Shown piece after piece: positions 62,201 through 64,000 of a stretch of DNA of 64,000 nucleotides (position 1 is the first letter of the stretch; every line of letters begins with the position of its first letter). The DNA is from Scyliorhinus canicula. Taxonomy: Eukaryota. The notes under the pieces were generated by a model, which worked only from the letters and a program-made list of their open reading frames with translations, had not been told where the DNA came from and ran no database searches. The stretch is taken from positions 65,771,402 to 65,835,401 of the forward strand of contig NC_052160.1 of NCBI RefSeq assembly GCF_902713615.1, written 5' to 3'. A program made the position numbers and the translations under genes.

Positions 62201-63467
62201 GGAGAGTTCAAACGTAGAGTTTGCATTATTGTGCCAGAAGGTGTTTAATTAATTATCGACGAAAGCAAAATGGTGTAATTATTTGTTATTTCCATATTAC
62301 GGTCTGTGTGCTCAACTCCTGTGTCCTCGCCCTGATGCTACTTCCTGTCACACTATTTCTCCAACATTGTTGTCGTCTTTTCTTAACCAAGACCTATCTA
62401 TATTTGCTGCTATCTCCTCGGTTTCATGTGGAGTTAAACGTTCATAGCTAGCTAGCTTGGATCCCTCGATTCTAATCTGAAAAGCCAGTCTTTATCTCGT
62501 CTTTAGTTTATTTACGAAGTGAAGCATTGCAAACATATACTCCTAACTCAATCACACCACCAATTTCAGTAAGTGTCTCTTGAAGCTCAAATGAAACCCC
62601 AATTAATACCCTTAACCTGCATATAATTAAACACATTTGATATATAATTAACACCCCTGCTATCCCATCAATTCCGATTTAAATAATTAAGCGTTTCTAG
62701 TTCACTGCTGGAGAAACTACTTATTTTGTTAAATGTTTTGTGAAGAATTTCTCCTTCAGTGCTTTCCCTTTACCTTCCCAGAGTTTACCTATTTTCTGCT
62801 GCCCTCTCACCCACCGTTCGCCACACCTGCCACTAAGCTGCCCTCCAACTCAACAGCTTATGATCATTGTATTTTTTCTCCCAATTGCTCCCAGCCCCTT
62901 TCTCAATGCAAGTACATCCAACAACCCAAAATGAAATGAGAATTGCTTATTGTCACAAGTAGGCTTCAAATGAAGATACTGTGAAAAGCCCCTAGTCACC
63001 ACATTCCGTTGTCTGTTCAGGGAGGCTGGTACGGGAACATTTCCACTAACATCTTACCAAATCTGGCAGTGACTTTCTAGTGCCCCCACCCATCGAGGAC
63101 CATCCTTTTAACATTACTTTGTTGCACTCTCCTCTCTTTCCTTTCACTCCATTACTACACAGAACCAACAACCTCCTTCCGAGCTCTTCATTGCCGCTTG
63201 AATCATGACTCACCGTGACCAATGCCATTTGTACAATATTCCCCAACGTAATGCAGATTTTATTTGCAGCAAATTTGAAATGTGGGATTTTGAGAATGTT
63301 GCTCAGCCCTAATGGTCTATTTGATATTTAAGAATGGTTTGTGGAAACTTTAACCAGAAAGTGAGCATTAATGTCATTTTAAATGGTTCTTCTTCAATAG
63401 ATGGAGCCATGATGGGAAGTTTTTTGCACGAATGACACAAGACACTCTTAGTATTTATGAAACACCC
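43904..63467 (+). CDS. EIF3B: EIF3B (translation initiation factor 3 subunit B), spliced, 3'-partial: join(43904-44021,53276-53468,54613-54732,55033-55090,56914-57042,59676-59833,62056-62187,63401-63467)
   Basis: Eight GT-AG exons join in frame (975 nt): acidic N-terminus, RRM ([12 protein letters not shown]...KTKGYIFLEY) and start of the WD40 beta-propeller ([19 protein letters not shown]). Near-identical to recalled vertebrate eIF3b. Confidence 0.97.
45107..45535 (+). mobile_element. Deu-domain SINE (SacSINE1/AmnSINE-like)
   Basis: tRNA-like head, then gcagtattgagggagt..aaaagatccttggcact..tcctggccaatatttatccctcaa, matching the recalled Deu core. Confidence 0.8.
45925..46338 (+). mobile_element. 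CR1 3' fragment
   Basis: [32 protein letters not shown]; (ttctatg) tail. Confidence 0.88.
47074..47775 (-). mobile_element. 5'-truncated L1 3' end
   Basis: [31 protein letters not shown]; 12-bp TSD TGTGTTAGTATT at 47062-47073 and 47776-47787. Confidence 0.9.
48030..48365 (-). mobile_element. Deu-domain SINE, degenerate
   Basis: Reverse-strand match to the 45107-45535 core. Confidence 0.7.
48405..49345 (+). mobile_element. CR1 3' fragment
   Basis: [39 protein letters not shown]. Confidence 0.88.
49468..49985 (-). mobile_element. CR1 3' fragment, degenerate
   Basis: taagaaataggaacaggagta tail on plus, followed by decayed RT C-terminal sequence. Confidence 0.75.
50393..50717 (-). mobile_element. 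V-SINE/HE1-like SINE with CR1-type tail
   Basis: Full-length reverse-strand copy. Confidence 0.88.
52426..52728 (+). mobile_element. V-SINE-like SINE with (ATT)n tail
   Basis: Head, core and tail gaatgtggcgactagggg..acttgtgacaataataaagattattat. Confidence 0.88.
53276..53468 (+). CDS. EIF3B: EIF3B exon 2
   Basis: [65 protein letters not shown]; ttgtag| ... |GTATGT; 193 nt. Confidence 0.97.
54081..54289 (-). mobile_element. V-SINE/HE1-like SINE with A-rich tail
   Basis: 15-bp TSD GCATATAGAATTCTT at 54066-54080 and 54290-54304. Confidence 0.9.
54613..54732 (+). CDS. EIF3B: EIF3B exon 3
   Basis: [40 protein letters not shown]; ttttag| ... |GTAGGT; 120 nt. Confidence 0.97.
55033..55090 (+). 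CDS. EIF3B: EIF3B exon 4
   Basis: [19 protein letters not shown]; tgccag| ... |GTAAGT; 58 nt. Confidence 0.96.
55196..56015 (+). mobile_element. L1 3' fragment interrupted by a SINE
   Basis: [33 protein letters not shown]; AATAAA tail. Confidence 0.88.
55545..55766 (+). mobile_element. V-SINE/HE1-like SINE nested in an L1 fragment
   Basis: Flanking repeat AAGTTTGCC(C/T)TAAGGG; young copy. Confidence 0.9.
56023..56332 (-). mobile_element. V-SINE-like SINE with (ATT)n tail
   Basis: Reverse-strand full copy, same type as 52426-52728. Confidence 0.88.
56914..57042 (+). CDS. EIF3B: EIF3B exon 5
   Basis: [43 protein letters not shown]; atatag| ... |GTAAGT; 129 nt. Confidence 0.96.
57127..57692 (-). 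mobile_element. CR1 3' fragment, degenerate
   Basis: [20 protein letters not shown] in ORF 56932-57390. Confidence 0.8.
58010..58594 (-). mobile_element. Two adjacent V-SINEs (58010-58205 with A-rich tail; 58230-58577 with CR1-type tail and a 17-bp tandem duplication of its 5' end)
   Basis: Reverse-strand cores; TGCTACCCTGCTGCCCC twice at 58561-58594. Confidence 0.87.
59676..59833 (+). CDS. EIF3B: EIF3B exon 6
   Basis: [52 protein letters not shown]; tgacag| ... |GTATCT; 158 nt. Confidence 0.97.
60008..60081 (+). pseudogene. Decayed tRNA-Ile-like sequence (pseudogene or SINE head)
   Basis: GGCCAGTTAGCTCCAATGGTTAAGAG..TGCTA..TCAAGG..TCAATCCCTGTG resembles recalled tRNA-Ile(AAT), but the anticodon, T-arm and acceptor stem are disrupted. 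Confidence 0.6.
60381..60614. mobile_element. Penelope-like (pLTR-derived) inverted-repeat element with minimal hammerhead motifs
   Basis: 96-bp arms at 60417-60512 and 60519-60614 with a 6-nt loop; direct repeat CTGAAAATATTGA at 60368-60380 and 60612-60624; CTGAGGA-stem-GAAA core in each arm. Confidence 0.85.
61040..61630 (+). mobile_element. V-SINE interrupted by an antisense CR1 3' fragment (~61187-61480)
   Basis: The SINE core breaks at ...gaccat and resumes at ggccatgataaattgcccc; the insert encodes [19 protein letters not shown] on minus. Confidence 0.82.
62056..62187 (+). CDS. EIF3B: EIF3B exon 7
   Basis: [43 protein letters not shown]; tcacag| ... |GTGAGT; 132 nt. Confidence 0.97.
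63401..63467 (+). CDS. EIF3B: EIF3B exon 8
   Basis: [22 protein letters not shown]; caatag| ... |GTAAGT; 67 nt. Confidence 0.96.
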
Positions 63468-64000
63468 GTAAGTATTTTTGTGAACTGCTAGAATCTATAA
63501 CTGTGTGGAAGTTTTCCAGGAAGTAACTGAGATAAATAAAACGATTCAACATGAAGCGAACAGATTGTCGTATAGGTTTTAAAAGTTTCTCAACTGCAGA
63601 TATGTGGGGTTTGAATGGAAGCAACTGTGAAAGCATTAGGTGAGCAGAGTCTGCGGAGGGGTCAAAAATGTAGTTGTGGAAGTCAGAAAGGTCTGGAATC
63701 TCAGCAGGAAAATGGAAAAAGTTACCAAAACACAAGAGAGCAGCGAAATATGAAAACTAGTTTTGGGTGGGATTAGAGATGAAAATGAGATCCAGAGGAC
63801 CCATTTCTTAAATTTCCCCCAAATCGGCAGACATTAGCAAGTGTGATAGTTTTTTTTTTAGCGTTCGTGAGTTTATGGTTTGGGTATTGGCTCAAATCAA
63901 CTGTGATATTTGTTCTGCCGATATCTAATGGGAAATATTGGTAACCTGCTTAGAGAAATAAAGATGGATAGACCTGCAGGATTTGTATTTAATGTATCAT

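Noticed and set aside
1-64000. CRISPR array, operon, prophage or other prokaryotic-type system
   Set aside because: There is no regularly spaced repeat-spacer array or operon-like gene density. The window is explained by two spliced vertebrate genes plus interspersed repeats.

Overview
This is eukaryotic, intron-rich vertebrate DNA, most likely from a cartilaginous fish. That assignment is inferred from the HE1/V-SINE-type and Deu-type SINEs and the CR1, L1, Rex1 and Penelope repeats. Two spliced genes diverge from one CpG-rich promoter at ~43.6-44.2 kb. BRAT1 is on the minus strand: 12 coding exons traced by hand, 1821 nt or 607 codons, from ATG 40766 down to 6633. Its last exon was not found and should lie left of the window. 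EIF3B is on the plus strand: 8 coding exons, 975 nt or 325 codons, from ATG 43904 to 63467, continuing right of the window. All traced introns are GT-AG and in phase. The introns are filled with transposable elements: a full-length but broken, chimeric L1 with a 15-bp TSD; a young CR1 with an unbroken RT frame; Rex1/Babar; Penelope remnants; GC-rich PIF/Harbinger-like MITEs, one nested in another; a solo LTR; and many SINEs. I cannot support a wholly new biological system here. The most unusual signals are a TSD-flanked 96-bp-arm hairpin carrying minimal hammerhead-ribozyme motifs on both strands, the chimeric L1, the MITE family with palindromic NRF1/CRE-like modules, a fold-back palindrome, the BRAT1/EIF3B head-to-head arrangement and a TOP-like initiator for EIF3B. 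Comparisons with human proteins and repeat consensuses are from memory. Repeat boundaries without a stated TSD are approximate.
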